Assembly: GCA_002011035.2 (NCBI GenBank)
Contig: MTLY02000002.1
Coordinates: forward strand, 1 to 64,000
DNA length: 64,000 nt
Reading direction: 5' to 3'
DNA from: Candidatus Hecatella orcuttiae
GTDB lineage: Archaea; Thermoproteota; Bathyarchaeia; Hecatellales; Hecatellaceae
Shown: one piece after another, positions 20,402 to 30,243 of the stretch
Position numbering within the stretch: position 1 is the first letter of the stretch
How the letters are laid out: each line of letters begins with the position of its first letter
The notes under the pieces: model-generated
What the model was told of the DNA's origin: nothing
Database searches by the model: none
The model's input: the letters and a program-made list of their open reading frames with translations, nothing else
Made by a program: the position numbers and the translations under genes

Positions 20402-21754
20402 CTATTTCTGCATGTTTTTGACGAGAGTTTGAAGGCCCTCCGCTATCTTTGCTATTTGTTCTTCCACTCTTCTATCCAGAACCATGAACCTTCGCGGATA
20501 AGGAATCTCAATCCCGTTGGCGTCGAACTCCTTCTTGATCTGGTAGAGCAAGTCCCGAGCCATCATGAAGGCGGTAGGCTGGTCTTTGGCTCTGGAAAGC
20601 AGCCGGAGGGATATCCCGGATTCAGCGTACTCCATCACCACCACGTTGGGAAGGTTGCCGATGGGCATGCAGTCAGGGTGCTTCTTGGCTACCTCCACCA
20701 TGATTTTCATCGCCTTGTCGAGGTCGGATTCGTAGCTTATCTGGACGAACACCGGAACTAGCATCGTTGGGTCTCCGATGCTGTAGTTTATGATAACCTC
20801 CGACTGGAAGACAGAGTTAGGAACCATCAGCCGCCTGTTATCCCAAGTGCGGAGGATGGTGTGCACCAGTTTGATATCCTCCACGAAGCAAAAATCGTTT
20901 TTGAACACCACAGCCTCCCCTATTCTGAAAGGCTGGGAAATAGCCACCAACATCCCAGATATAATGTTGGACAGACTGGACTGGGCGGCTAAACCTATCA
21001 CAATGGAGGCGAAACCTGCTGCTACAAATATGGAGGCTATGACTCCCCCCGCTGTGGGAAAAGTGCTGAGGGTTACGGCTGCAACGCCTATGAAACTTAC
21101 AACCATCAGCATCAGCCTCCTCAGGAAAAAATACGTGGTCATCAGCTTGGGCTCCTTGACGACTAGGCCGTGAATATACCTGCTGGTAACGACGTTTAGA
21201 ACGTAGACCAGCATGAAGACAGCGGCAACTCCGGCGATGAAGTACAAGGCTGAAGACACTGTCCTCGTGCCGATGGCCGGAGTCAAAGGTGAAGCGATGA
21301 AAATGTATATCACAGCGATGAGGCTGACAAGGTAGAGGCTGTAGACGATCATCCTGCGGAGAATATTGAGAGAAGCAGTCACCTCAGGCCTCTGTTTGGA
21401 GAGCCTTTCGCTTCGCGCGATGAGGAAGCCGTTGAGGACTACACCCACAATCCTGACAGCGAGGATGACGACCAGTATTTCGGCGACAATCGCCAAGTAG
21501 CTTGTTTCCACCCACCCGGGGAGCAGTCCGGGAAGTCTTGAGTTAAGGTATCCAGTAGCTGAGATGACGCCTGTGGCGACTATGAGCAGCGATATAGGTC
21601 CCTTCACCGTTGCCAAAGCGTACCTCTGCATCCCCCTTCTCCGCCCGAACAGCTTCACAGCGTATTTTTTGGTCAGGAAAAAAAGGCTGGCTGCCATCAA
21701 AACCGAGGCAGCTACCATCACCCCGGCGACGGCTAGGTTGATGAACAGAGACAA
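20402..21754 (-). CDS. Mechanosensitive channel MscS family, extended N-terminal TM region
   Basis: Motifs GLAAQSSLSNIISG, PFRIGE, VPNS, GIEIPYP. Confidence 0.9.
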   Translation of the reverse strand: MSLFINLAVAGVMVAASVLMAASLFFLTKKYAVKLFGRRRGMQRYALATVKGPISLLIVATGVISATGYLNSRLPGLLPGWVETSYLAIVAEILVVILAVRIVGVVLNGFLIARSERLSKQRPEVTASLNILRRMIVYSLYLVSLIAVIYIFIASPLTPAIGTRTVSSALYFIAGVAAVFMLVYVLNVVTSRYIHGLVVKEPKLMTTYFFLRRLMLMVVSFIGVAAVTLSTFPTAGGVIASIFVAAGFASIVIGLAAQSSLSNIISGMLVAISQPFRIGEAVVFKNDFCFVEDIKLVHTILRTWDNRRLMVPNSVFQSEVIINYSIGDPTMLVPVFVQISYESDLDKAMKIMVEVAKKHPDCMPIGNLPNVVVMEYAESGISLRLLSRAKDQPTAFMMARDLLYQIKKEFDANGIEIPYPRRFMVLDRRVEEQIAKIAEGLQTLVKNMQK

Positions 21755-21904
21755 GTCCTGTTTCCCCCATTCTCCATGTTTCCTGAATTACCATACCAGC
21801 CCGGCTATTTAAATCACCAGCTCCAACCGGTTCTCCTCCAGTTTTGAAATAAACTTTTTCTACCGTCAAAACAGGCAATCATACCGGGAAGAACCTCGGA
21901 AAAC

Positions 21905-22816
21905 TTGGTGGGAGCAAATGTGCCAACCCAAACCACGCTTCACGGCCCGGCTGAAAAGCCTGTGTTCAGAAGACGGAAACGTCAATCCCCCTTCATCCGT
22001 CTTTTCAACAAAGCCCCTGCCGGCATTCTCTGCCCAAATTTTTGGCTTCTAGCCTGGGCGGACGGCTGCCCATACCAGTGCACCTACTGTTTTCTTCAGG
22101 GGACGTTTCGCGGGCAGGTGGAGCCGGTGGTCTTCATCAACCTCAACGATCTCTTTCGAGAGTTGGATTCATGGCTTAAAGCGGACGGGGCGCCGAGGCT
22201 TCTGAACGCGGGGGAACTCACTGACTCCCTAGCTATCACCACTTATGTTGCTGAGAAACTCGTAGAACGTTTCGGAAAGCAGAGCCGACATAAACTCCTC
22301 CTGCTGACCAAATCGGATGGAGTGAACGCTCTCCTGTCGCTGCCTCATCGAGGGCAGACAATCCTCAGCTTTTCTCTAAACCCTCCAACCGTAGCGAAAC
22401 GCTTTGAGCTGGGAGCCCCCCCTCCTTGGCATCGTTTAGACGCAGCCACGGCAGCGAAAAAGGCTGGCTATCCGGTGCGGATAAGGGTGGACCCCATGAT
22501 CCCTGTGGAAGGCTGGAGGGAAGCCTACACAGAATTAGCCGACAGAATTAGCAGATTGAGGCCTGAAAGGGTGACCTTGGGCAGCTTGAGGTTCTTCCCC
22601 ATCGTTCCAGCCCACAGCCGGAGGGATAAATCTGTGTTCAGCTACGGGGGCGAGCGGAGTGGGGACGGTCGAATACGGGTTCCCCGGGATACGCGGATGG
22701 AAATGTATCGGCTGATGGTTGAGAGACTTGAAGATGTGCCGGTGGGTCTATGTAAGGAGACTGTGGATGTAGTCAAGGCTCTAGGGTTGCCCAATAAATG
22801 CAATTGCGTACTCTGA
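21905..22816 (+). CDS. Radical SAM protein, spore photoproduct lyase (SplB)-like family
   Basis: Motifs GCPYQCTYCFLQ, GELTDS, LLTKS, FSLNP, RIRVDPMIP, VTLGSLR. Confidence 0.82.
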   Translation: MVGANVPTQTTLHGPAEKPVFRRRKRQSPFIRLFNKAPAGILCPNFWLLAWADGCPYQCTYCFLQGTFRGQVEPVVFINLNDLFRELDSWLKADGAPRLLNAGELTDSLAITTYVAEKLVERFGKQSRHKLLLLTKSDGVNALLSLPHRGQTILSFSLNPPTVAKRFELGAPPPWHRLDAATAAKKAGYPVRIRVDPMIPVEGWREAYTELADRISRLRPERVTLGSLRFFPIVPAHSRRDKSVFSYGGERSGDGRIRVPRDTRMEMYRLMVERLEDVPVGLCKETVDVVKALGLPNKCNCVL

Positions 22817-22833
22817 AGTTGGAGAGGGTTTCC

Positions 22834-23919
22834 TCAGGTTGCAGGGGACAGACTTACAGATTTTGCTTTAAACTGGACAAAAACCCGGCTTCCGATTTGA
22901 AGGCTTAATTCCTCCAAGTAGCCTAAGCCCATTTCGGAGGTCAACTGCACTCCGGCATCCACGGTTATTCTGGCATGGGAATTCATGGTGATGATATCGA
23001 CGACGGTTCCGGGGAGTATATTGCATCGGCAGCTACACCACCGAGGGTTCTGGATTTTTTCTTCGGGAGAGAGAATGATATTTTGAGGCGCCACTACTGC
23101 TAGGACAAGCACACCTTCTCGGGCGGTTTGGTCTTCCGCCAGAATGCTCACTTCGCCTACTCTGACTTGGACGATGCTCCCTGAAACCTTGTAGACGCGG
23201 CCTTCGAGAACGTTTAATCCGAGAAATTCGGCGACAAACTTGGAGTTAGGTCTGCTGAGGATTTCTTCCCTGCTCCCCACCTGTTTGACTTCTCCGCTGT
23301 TGAGGACGGCGATGGTGTCTCCCAGTACGAAGGCCTCCGTCAAGTCGTGGGTTACGTAGATGGAGGTTATTTCCAGTTGGCGGGGTATTTCCTTGTACAT
23401 CCTCTTCAATTCCCTTCGAAGCCGCTCCCGGGTCAGCATGTCTAAAGCTGAAAGAGGCTCGTCTAGGAGGAGAAGTTTAGGCTGGATCACTAACGCCCTC
23501 GCCAAGGCAACCCTCTGCTTTTCCCCCCCGCTCAAGGTTTTAATACTGCGATCTTTCAGGTTAGAAATGCCTAGTAGGTCCATGATTTCAGCTGTTTTCC
23601 TCCTTTTCCCCTCAGAATCCTTGCCTTTCAAACCGAAGGCTACGTTTTCTTCCACGGTTAGGTGAGGAAAGAGGACGTAGTCTTGGGGAACATAGCCTAT
23701 CTGGCGGCTTTCCGGAGGGAGACGGGTGACGTTTCTTCCCTCAATCCATATTTCTCCTGCTTGAGGCTGCCGGAGACCTGCGATGCACTCCAATAGGAGG
23801 GTTTTTCCACTTCCCGTGGGACCTACTACAACGAAGCATCCTCCCTTCTCGACATGGAAATCTATGTTGGAGAGGGAGAAGCTTCCCAAGCTTAGGGATA
23901 ATCCTTTCACGTCGATCAA
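22834..23919 (-). CDS. modC: Molybdate/tungstate ABC transporter ATPase with TOBE domains
   Basis: Motifs GPTGSGKT, LSGGEKQR, LLLDEP; two TOBE repeats. Confidence 0.88.
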   Translation of the reverse strand: MIDVKGLSLSLGSFSLSNIDFHVEKGGCFVVVGPTGSGKTLLLECIAGLRQPQAGEIWIEGRNVTRLPPESRQIGYVPQDYVLFPHLTVEENVAFGLKGKDSEGKRRKTAEIMDLLGISNLKDRSIKTLSGGEKQRVALARALVIQPKLLLLDEPLSALDMLTRERLRRELKRMYKEIPRQLEITSIYVTHDLTEAFVLGDTIAVLNSGEVKQVGSREEILSRPNSKFVAEFLGLNVLEGRVYKVSGSIVQVRVGEVSILAEDQTAREGVLVLAVVAPQNIILSPEEKIQNPRWCSCRCNILPGTVVDIITMNSHARITVDAGVQLTSEMGLGYLEELSLQIGSRVFVQFKAKSVSLSPAT

Positions 23920-24701
23920 AGGACGACACCTCTTCCAGAAATTTTCTGAAAAGCTAAAAGAGTCACAACAGCCAGTCCGATGAGTATGAAAATCACGGCC
24001 GCCGCCTTCTCCACGCTGGCTGTGGCGAGGCTGAGGTAGATGGCTATGGGCAGAGTTTCCGTCTTCATCCTCGTTGCTCCCGCCAGCATGACGGTGGCTC
24101 CGAACTCGCCCATGGCCCTAGTCCACGCTAGAATGGCTGCGGCTATAATGCCTCCCCTAGCTATGGGCAGAGTTACTTTGAAGAAGGCTTGAAACTTGTT
24201 GTAGCCCAAGGTTCTGGCGACGTTTTCATATCGGGGGTCGATGTTGTCGAAGGTGGCCTTCATCAGGCGGATGGCTAAGGCTGTGATGACGGTGAACTGC
24301 GCCAGCACGATTCCCGCCACTTGGAAGACGAACACATCCCTGACTCCGACTCCTAGGGGTGTGTTCATGAATATCAGCAGGGCGGCTCCCAAGGCCACGG
24401 GCGGCGTGACTATGGGAATGTTCAATATCACGTCTACGAAGTTTTTCCCGAAAAATTCTGTGCGGGAGAGCGTGTAGGCGGCTGGAAGAGCCACCGTCAA
24501 GCAGGCGGCGGTTGCAGCTGTGGCGGTAACCATGCTTAGTCGAATTGAAAAGAGAACTTCCCCTGAGAACAGGGCGGAAAACAAGGCCTGAGGGTCCGTA
24601 TAGAGGGCTAGGGAGGCGATTATCAGGAGTAGGAAGATGAAGAAGGCGAAAAGAAAGCTACCTGTGGTCAGCTTGAACACTTTCTCTCTACCTAAATCCA
24701 T
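23916..24701 (-). CDS. modB: Molybdate/tungstate ABC transporter permease
   Basis: Motifs PIVTPPVALG, ARTLG, RAMGEFGAT. Confidence 0.9.
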   Translation of the reverse strand: MDLGREKVFKLTTGSFLFAFFIFLLLIIASLALYTDPQALFSALFSGEVLFSIRLSMVTATAATAACLTVALPAAYTLSRTEFFGKNFVDVILNIPIVTPPVALGAALLIFMNTPLGVGVRDVFVFQVAGIVLAQFTVITALAIRLMKATFDNIDPRYENVARTLGYNKFQAFFKVTLPIARGGIIAAAILAWTRAMGEFGATVMLAGATRMKTETLPIAIYLSLATASVEKAAAVIFILIGLAVVTLLAFQKISGRGVVL

Positions 24702-24712
24702 GATTCTCCCCT

Positions 24713-25561
24713 TCAGAGAGGCGGCACTTCCGCTGTGGGGGCGTAGGCTTTAGCTTCTTCAAGACTGGTGATGTAGCCGTGGCTTCTGTAGATCTCTTGA
24801 CCTTGGGGGGAGGTGAGAAATTCTAAGAATTTTTCCGCTGTTCCTTTTTTGTCGGAGAAGCTGGTAACTGCTCCAGAGATGTAGGATAGCTTTCGAAGTT
24901 TATGGGGCTCTATGGTTAAGGCGTCGACCTTATCAGGGTGCCAGCTTTCAAAGACCCGCCAGCCGATCATGGCGTCCACCTGTCCCAAGGTGAGGTAGGA
25001 TACGGCCTCCAAGTAGCTTCCGGCGTAGGTGACCACGTTTCCCTCAACTTCCTCCCAGAGGCCATTGGAGGCGAGAATGTCGACGGCGTACGCTCCGATG
25101 GCAACAGCGCCAGGGTCTGCGAGGCCTAAGCGTACTTCTGGTTTAGACAAGTCTTCTAGGGAGCGGATTTGCTGGGGATTTCCTTCCGGGACGAGGATGG
25201 CTGGGATGAGGTAGGCCAGTATCCGGACGGTTTCAGGTTCAACTAAACCGGCCTCTACCGCTTGCTGCATGTAGTCGTGGGAGCTGGGGATATAGAGGTC
25301 TCCAGATTGAGAGATCTTCATCTGAGAGAGCATGGTCCCGGAGCCGCCGAAGTGGAGTTCTACCTTTATCCCTGTTTCTTTTTCGAAGACTTTGGCAGCT
25401 TCTTCTAGAACCGGTGTGCTGACGCTGCCGCTGAACACTACAAGGGTCTCCGGCTGAGTTTCCGCTTGAAAATTTGCTCCTTTGAGGGCGCCGGCTATGG
25501 CGAGGGTTAAAACTGCAGCTAGGAGGAGAGTTAGGGTCTTTGTTGAAGCCGTTTCGCCCAC
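24713..25561 (-). CDS. modA: Molybdate ABC transporter substrate-binding protein
   Basis: Signal anchor, FGGSGTML, GNPQQIRSLEDL, DPGAVAIG. Confidence 0.88.
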   Translation of the reverse strand: MGETASTKTLTLLLAAVLTLAIAGALKGANFQAETQPETLVVFSGSVSTPVLEEAAKVFEKETGIKVELHFGGSGTMLSQMKISQSGDLYIPSSHDYMQQAVEAGLVEPETVRILAYLIPAILVPEGNPQQIRSLEDLSKPEVRLGLADPGAVAIGAYAVDILASNGLWEEVEGNVVTYAGSYLEAVSYLTLGQVDAMIGWRVFESWHPDKVDALTIEPHKLRKLSYISGAVTSFSDKKGTAEKFLEFLTSPQGQEIYRSHGYITSLEEAKAYAPTAEVPPL

Positions 25562-25603
25562 CCTTTCTTCTAGGGTGATGATCTGTCAGATTTAACTCAT
25601 ATA

Positions 25604-25627
25604 GTTTACTGATTAGGATAAGTAAAC
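25604..25627. promoter_or_regulatory. Inverted repeat between divergent modA and tfx; candidate operator
   Basis: GTTTACT-N10-AGTAAAC in the AT-rich intergenic region. Confidence 0.45.
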
Positions 25628-25732
25628 AAAATAGTTTATAATAGGCCTTTCAAAGTCTCAGGTTCGCCTTACTTCGCGTCTCCTGCGTAACGTTATTAGG
25701 GAAATACCGCCATTGATCACCTTAGATAAGGC

Positions 25733-26146
25733 ATGGCCAAGACTCCTCAAGCCCTTCTCACAAGCCGGCAAATCGAAATCCTCCGGCTGAGAAGGCAGGG
25801 GTTAACCCAGAAGGAAGTAGCGGAGAGGCTGAACACCACTCGAGAAAACGTCAACATACTGGAAAACAGAGCCTACAGAAACATCAGGCGGGCGACCGCC
25901 ACCTTGGAGCTGCTGAACAGCCTCCAACTCTCAACCCGGTTCACCATCCCGGCTAAGACCCCTATCTTGGAGATCCCCCGAATGGTGTTGGACAAGGCGG
26001 ATGAGGCTAAGCTGAGGGTGAAAAGCGACTGCATAGAAATCTTAGAGAGGATTAAATCTAAGGCGCGAAACAAGATCAGACATAAGCACTTGGTTAAGCC
26101 GCTAACCATCACCCTTCTGCTGGACGGGGAATACACCGTAGAATAA
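25733..26146 (+). CDS. tfx: Tfx family DNA-binding protein
   Basis: LTSRQIEILRLRRQGLTQKEVA...TTRENVNILE.RA..NI..A.AT; divergent from modABC. Confidence 0.88.
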   Translation: MAKTPQALLTSRQIEILRLRRQGLTQKEVAERLNTTRENVNILENRAYRNIRRATATLELLNSLQLSTRFTIPAKTPILEIPRMVLDKADEAKLRVKSDCIEILERIKSKARNKIRHKHLVKPLTITLLLDGEYTVE

Positions 26147-26221
26147 GGGCGAGGAGTCACCGTAGGCTTGGGGAAGACGAGGCAGATAAAAGAGCGTTTT
26201 GAGTAGCTCTAACCGAAGCTC

Positions 26222-27376
26222 TTACATCTCCACGGTCTTTACTGCTCTGAGGATTTCCTCTGCCACATCTGGGAGGTTGAGTTCCTTTTCAACCCGGGCT
26301 ACTTCCCCTTTGTCCAAATCCGCCCAGCCTTTCCCTCCTCTCGTGGGCTTGAAACTTAAACCCAGCCTTTCACAGATTTTTTCCACCTCAATCCTTTCTA
26401 AGGCTATGAGCGGATGGAAAAGAGGCCGGTCGGAAACCTCTGTGAGGAGGGAAAGCAAGGCAACTGCATCGGAGGGATCAGAGTCTAAGGTTAGACCTAA
26501 AACCACCCCCATGCCGCCTCTCTCCGCGGCGAGGCCGCAAGCAATTCGGACCGTCGTCCTTTGCACCAAGGCTTCTTGGAGGTTTTCTTTCAAGTTTTCT
26601 CCTAGCAGCCTATGGAGGTTTTGGAGGGGTGCAACATAGGCCTTAAAAATGGGGAGTGGAATATAGGGCCTCAAAGCTTCGACTGGACGTGTTTTTTCCT
26701 GTAGGTTTTCCCAATCCGCGGAAGAAGCCGCCAAGACCAAGGGAAGAATATGGACTCCCCGTTTCATCATCAACCATGCGGCCGCTGTGAAGGTGGGAGA
26801 GCCGTTTAGAATGGCTACAACTCTTCCCTGGCTTCCAAAAGGCAGACCGCCCAGCCCTCTGTGAACTTCAGTATAAAGGTAAGCGTCCCCCTCCCTCGCC
26901 TCCACGTGGAGAGTTAATTCGGGATGCTTCAGGTTCACCTTTAATTTCTTCGTTCCTCCGCAGCGTTTCAGGATGGCAGCCCCTATCTCAACCTCAAGGT
27001 CCCGGCTGGTATAGGGGTGCTCTCCCGCCCTCCTAGCCTTCACAGCGAAGCTACGTTTGCCTTTCAACCTTGACTCTGCAAACTCTACAGCGTCTTGAAC
27101 CAAGGTTTGAAAGTCAGTTGAAGTCTTTAAGGCTGGGGCTGTGTATTCGACCCCGAAAACCTTGGAGGCCACCTGTTCGGCTGCACGCTCGGGCTCCTGA
27201 GCTGTCACATAGATTCTCCCTCTTTTTCTTCCTATTCGCTGGAAAGCGACACCTTCCCTCTTCAAGACATACCGAATGTGGCTGAGAAGCATAGTTTCCA
27301 ATCTCCGTCTCACAGGCTCACTTTTCAGGCCTATTTCCGAGTAGGCAACTAAGACGACGTTAGGATTTTTCCCCAA
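26222..27376 (-). CDS. THUMP-domain ThiI-like protein with degenerate PP-loop
   Basis: YSEIGLKS, THUMP domain, GLGGLPFGSQGR, AAWLMMKRG; the SGGxDS motif is replaced by NGSPTF. Confidence 0.82.
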   Translation of the reverse strand: MGKNPNVVLVAYSEIGLKSEPVRRRLETMLLSHIRYVLKREGVAFQRIGRKRGRIYVTAQEPERAAEQVASKVFGVEYTAPALKTSTDFQTLVQDAVEFAESRLKGKRSFAVKARRAGEHPYTSRDLEVEIGAAILKRCGGTKKLKVNLKHPELTLHVEAREGDAYLYTEVHRGLGGLPFGSQGRVVAILNGSPTFTAAAWLMMKRGVHILPLVLAASSADWENLQEKTRPVEALRPYIPLPIFKAYVAPLQNLHRLLGENLKENLQEALVQRTTVRIACGLAAERGGMGVVLGLTLDSDPSDAVALLSLLTEVSDRPLFHPLIALERIEVEKICERLGLSFKPTRGGKGWADLDKGEVARVEKELNLPDVAEEILRAVKTVEM

Positions 27377-27513
27377 GGATGAGACCCCTTGAAGCTAAGG
27401 AGACCGTATCCAAAAAGGTTAACGGAGACTGGAAATGCTTAAGGCGATAGGCTAATGAGGGCTGGCGGCTAAACTTATCCCATGGACTCCTCGGGCTGGG
27501 ATGAAGCTTCACC

Positions 27514-28077
27514 ATGACTAAGACTTCGGAGGAAAAGGAGGAATTAAAAAGACTCTTGGAGAGTAAAAAGAAGATCGAAAAGAGAATATCTCGGCATCAA
27601 AACGAAATAGAGCACCTGAAAACTGTCTTAGGTTTGCTGGACAAACTTATCTTAGAGCGAAGCTATAAGGTGGCTGCGGAATTACCTCGGAAAGAAACGC
27701 CGCCTTCGCCTCCGGAAGCGGCCAAGGAGGTTTTTTCCCTAACGGCCAGAGACGGAACTTTGCTTGCCAACGTCTATCTCGCCGAAAATTTTCTCAAGGC
27801 GGTTCCAGAGGAAAACTTGAAACTCAACGTGAACACTCCCCCCTTTCAGCAGTTTTTGGTCAGGAAGGTGCTCAATGGGATGGCGGCGCAAGATAGGGAA
27901 GCAGTTTCCGCGGGGAAGATAGACCCCGGAGAGGCTTTAAGCTTCCGTGTCAAGGATGAGGGTGGACTGATAAAAGAAATAACAGTGGAAAACTACCGAG
28001 ACCAAAAAAGGCTTGCAACCTTGAAGAACGCTCTCCGCTGGACCTTGGAAAAAATGTATGAAAAAACAAAAATCTAA
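27514..28077 (+). CDS. Hypothetical protein with N-terminal coiled coil
   Basis: 187-aa ORF; PPFQQFL and LRWTLEKM motifs. Confidence 0.75.
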   Translation: MTKTSEEKEELKRLLESKKKIEKRISRHQNEIEHLKTVLGLLDKLILERSYKVAAELPRKETPPSPPEAAKEVFSLTARDGTLLANVYLAENFLKAVPEENLKLNVNTPPFQQFLVRKVLNGMAAQDREAVSAGKIDPGEALSFRVKDEGGLIKEITVENYRDQKRLATLKNALRWTLEKMYEKTKI

Positions 28078-28145
28078 GTCTTCTGCCCACAATCATTATT
28101 TTATTAAGACCAAGCCTCTTCCTCTACGAGAGGGGGCGTTCTCCG

Positions 28146-28307
28146 GTGAGACTCGGACAGATAGGCCGCGGCCTTGTAGGCTTGGGAATTATCACCCTTC
28201 TAGTATGGGTCTTGTTAAAATTTCTATGGATTCTCGGAGTGCTCTTGATACTCGCTGGAACGCTAGCTTATGCGGTGGGGCTGGTGAAGAAGCACAGCCG
28301 CAGGTAA
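28146..28307 (+). CDS. Small two-TM membrane protein (53 aa), not in the ORF track
   Basis: GTG...TAA: MRLGQIGRGLVGLGIITLLVWVLLKFLWILGVLLILAGTLAYAVGLVKKHSRR, with a GGGGG-type RBS upstream. Confidence 0.6.
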   Translation: MRLGQIGRGLVGLGIITLLVWVLLKFLWILGVLLILAGTLAYAVGLVKKHSRR

Positions 28308-28439
28308 GGCCTCCCGTCTTTTGCAGGGGGATATGCTGGCGGCAGGGTTCTATTTAAAGGATGGCTGAAAAATAGCTGGGGGGTTTTGTATCTTTTTATC
28401 AAAAAATTTTAAATATGCTACGGAAAATATATTTTATCT

Positions 28440-28904
28440 ATGAGAATCTCATGGGCTGAAATTGAGCAGGCCTGCCGGTATCTGTACGAAAGAATTTCCA
28501 AAGAGTTTTATCCAAGCCAGATAGTGGGCATAGGCCACGGAGGCTGGGTTCCCTCCGTCATCTTGGCCCAAAAATTCGACTGCAACATTTTCGCCTTCAA
28601 CGTGAAATCTTACGCGTATGAGAAGAGGGAGAGGAGAAACCTCCGGCTTGTTTCTGTGCCCTCCATGGAAAACTTTCGAAATGAAAAAACCTTGATAGTA
28701 GACGACATCTGCGACAGCGGGGCAACTTTAAAATTCATGGTGGAACATCCTCTGCTCAGAAACGTGCCCTTTAAAACCGCTGTGATCTTTAAACGCGCAG
28801 GATCCACCTACACGCCTGACTTCTACTGGAAGGAACTCATGACCAAGGAGTGGGTGGAGTTCCCCTGGGACATGGTCCTAGAATGCTACGCACCCGAACG
28901 CTGA
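28440..28904 (+). CDS. Purine (xanthine/hypoxanthine/guanine) phosphoribosyltransferase family
   Basis: Motifs GIGHGGWVP, LIVDDICDSGAT, WVEFPW. Confidence 0.88.
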   Translation: MRISWAEIEQACRYLYERISKEFYPSQIVGIGHGGWVPSVILAQKFDCNIFAFNVKSYAYEKRERRNLRLVSVPSMENFRNEKTLIVDDICDSGATLKFMVEHPLLRNVPFKTAVIFKRAGSTYTPDFYWKELMTKEWVEFPWDMVLECYAPER

Positions 28905-28991
28905 GGGCTCTGTGCTAAAAGAGAAAGGCTAATTAGCCAGCCGACTGAATTTTTCTTTAGACAACCGGCCCTCGCTAGGCCGGTAAAAGAA

Positions 28992-29057
28992 GGGGCCGAT
29001 GAAGAAACCTGACAAGATCGACTTGCCCATGAGAGATCAGAGTTAAGCTGAGGCACC
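28992..29057 (+). ncRNA. Box C/D guide sRNA (predicted 23S rRNA targets)
   Basis: C ATGAAGA 28999, D' TCGA 29018, C' ATGAGA 29029, D CTGA 29048; 12-13 nt guides; terminal GCC/GGC stem. Confidence 0.65.
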
Positions 29058-29214
29058 TACATTAACCCTTTCTGAACCTATTCCAGCAGTTTAGGCATGA
29101 GTTTACACTTTAATGACTTCTTTCAGATAACCGAGTTTTTCAACACGTCCGGTTAAATTGGGTGATTTCCTAAAAATTCCCTTAGAAATCGAATAAATTA
29201 CACCCGTGAGTCTA

Positions 29215-29302
29215 TGGTGCGGGGGGAGGGATTTGAACCCTCGAACCCCTTCGGGACAGGATCCTCATTCCTGCGCCTTTGACCATGCTTGGCGACCCCC
29301 GC
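29215..29302 (-). tRNA. tRNA-Leu(GAG)
   Basis: GCGGGGG acceptor, loop ATGAGGA, long variable arm CCCGAAGGGG, TTCAAAT, encoded CCA. Confidence 0.93.
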
Positions 29303-29392
29303 GGCTGCATTCATTACGTAGTATTTTCTCAGTTAAGTTTCTTTCTTCACCGCCGGCTTTTACATCAACTGCTCTTTTAAGTGGGCGTTCAT

Positions 29393-30100
29393 TTATTTCT
29401 TGATTTTTCCGTGGATATTGACATAGACACTATAGGTCATCAGTCCCAGCAGGTACATGAGAATGAAGGCTAAGGCTAAGATGACGAAGGGGCTTATGTA
29501 GAAGGGCGGGATCTTTTCCCCAGCTGTTTCAGCTAGACTGAGCAGCAGGGTTTTATCTTCGCTGAATAAGGCGGAATAGGTGTCCCCCTTGATGAATTCG
29601 ATGGCATAGGCTTTTGCTACGGCCCCATTCTCTATTTTTGTGAGAGTGTACATTCGAGCTTCAAAGCCGATGTTGGGAGGGGGCAGTTCCTCCACCTGCC
29701 ACTCGGCCAACCTGATGGGAAAGCCTAGAACCTTCGTTATGTTCTCCTTTGGGTAGATGGAGATATCTTGCTGAACTACCAAGCGGCTGTCTTCCAGAAA
29801 AACTATGCGGTAACCTTGCTTCCACCCCAACTCTAAGCTTTCCGCTGAAATGTCCGAAGGGCTCCTCGGAGACGATATGACGATGTAGCTGCCCAGCGGT
29901 AAGTCTGACTCGTCCAGCGCCACCTTATCCAGCGACCTGCCTGCCTGTATGCTCATCGGAAACGCTGCCATGCTTATCGCTGCCATGACCAAGATTATGG
30001 CGCATACGGCTGAGCCTAAGATGAGCGGGATCCTGTTTTCTTTCATCATTGTTAGCAAACCGGGTTCGACAGGTTGAGACACAACATATTCTCTGAACAA
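29393..30100 (-). CDS. Hypothetical membrane-anchored protein
   Basis: N- and C-terminal TM helices around a soluble domain. Confidence 0.7.
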   Translation of the reverse strand: MFREYVVSQPVEPGLLTMMKENRIPLILGSAVCAIILVMAAISMAAFPMSIQAGRSLDKVALDESDLPLGSYIVISSPRSPSDISAESLELGWKQGYRIVFLEDSRLVVQQDISIYPKENITKVLGFPIRLAEWQVEELPPPNIGFEARMYTLTKIENGAVAKAYAIEFIKGDTYSALFSEDKTLLLSLAETAGEKIPPFYISPFVILALAFILMYLLGLMTYSVYVNIHGKIKK

Positions 30101-30243
30101 GCTTATTAATTATATCGCTCCCCCTTCATAGAGCGCACATGTACCTTGGAATCAACGGCCAGTTCAGCGTCATCCTGAAACTGTTTATGCGCCAAAAAGG
30201 GGCATCAGCGCTTGAGACAGGCAGACTGAAAGGCTTATTTCTG

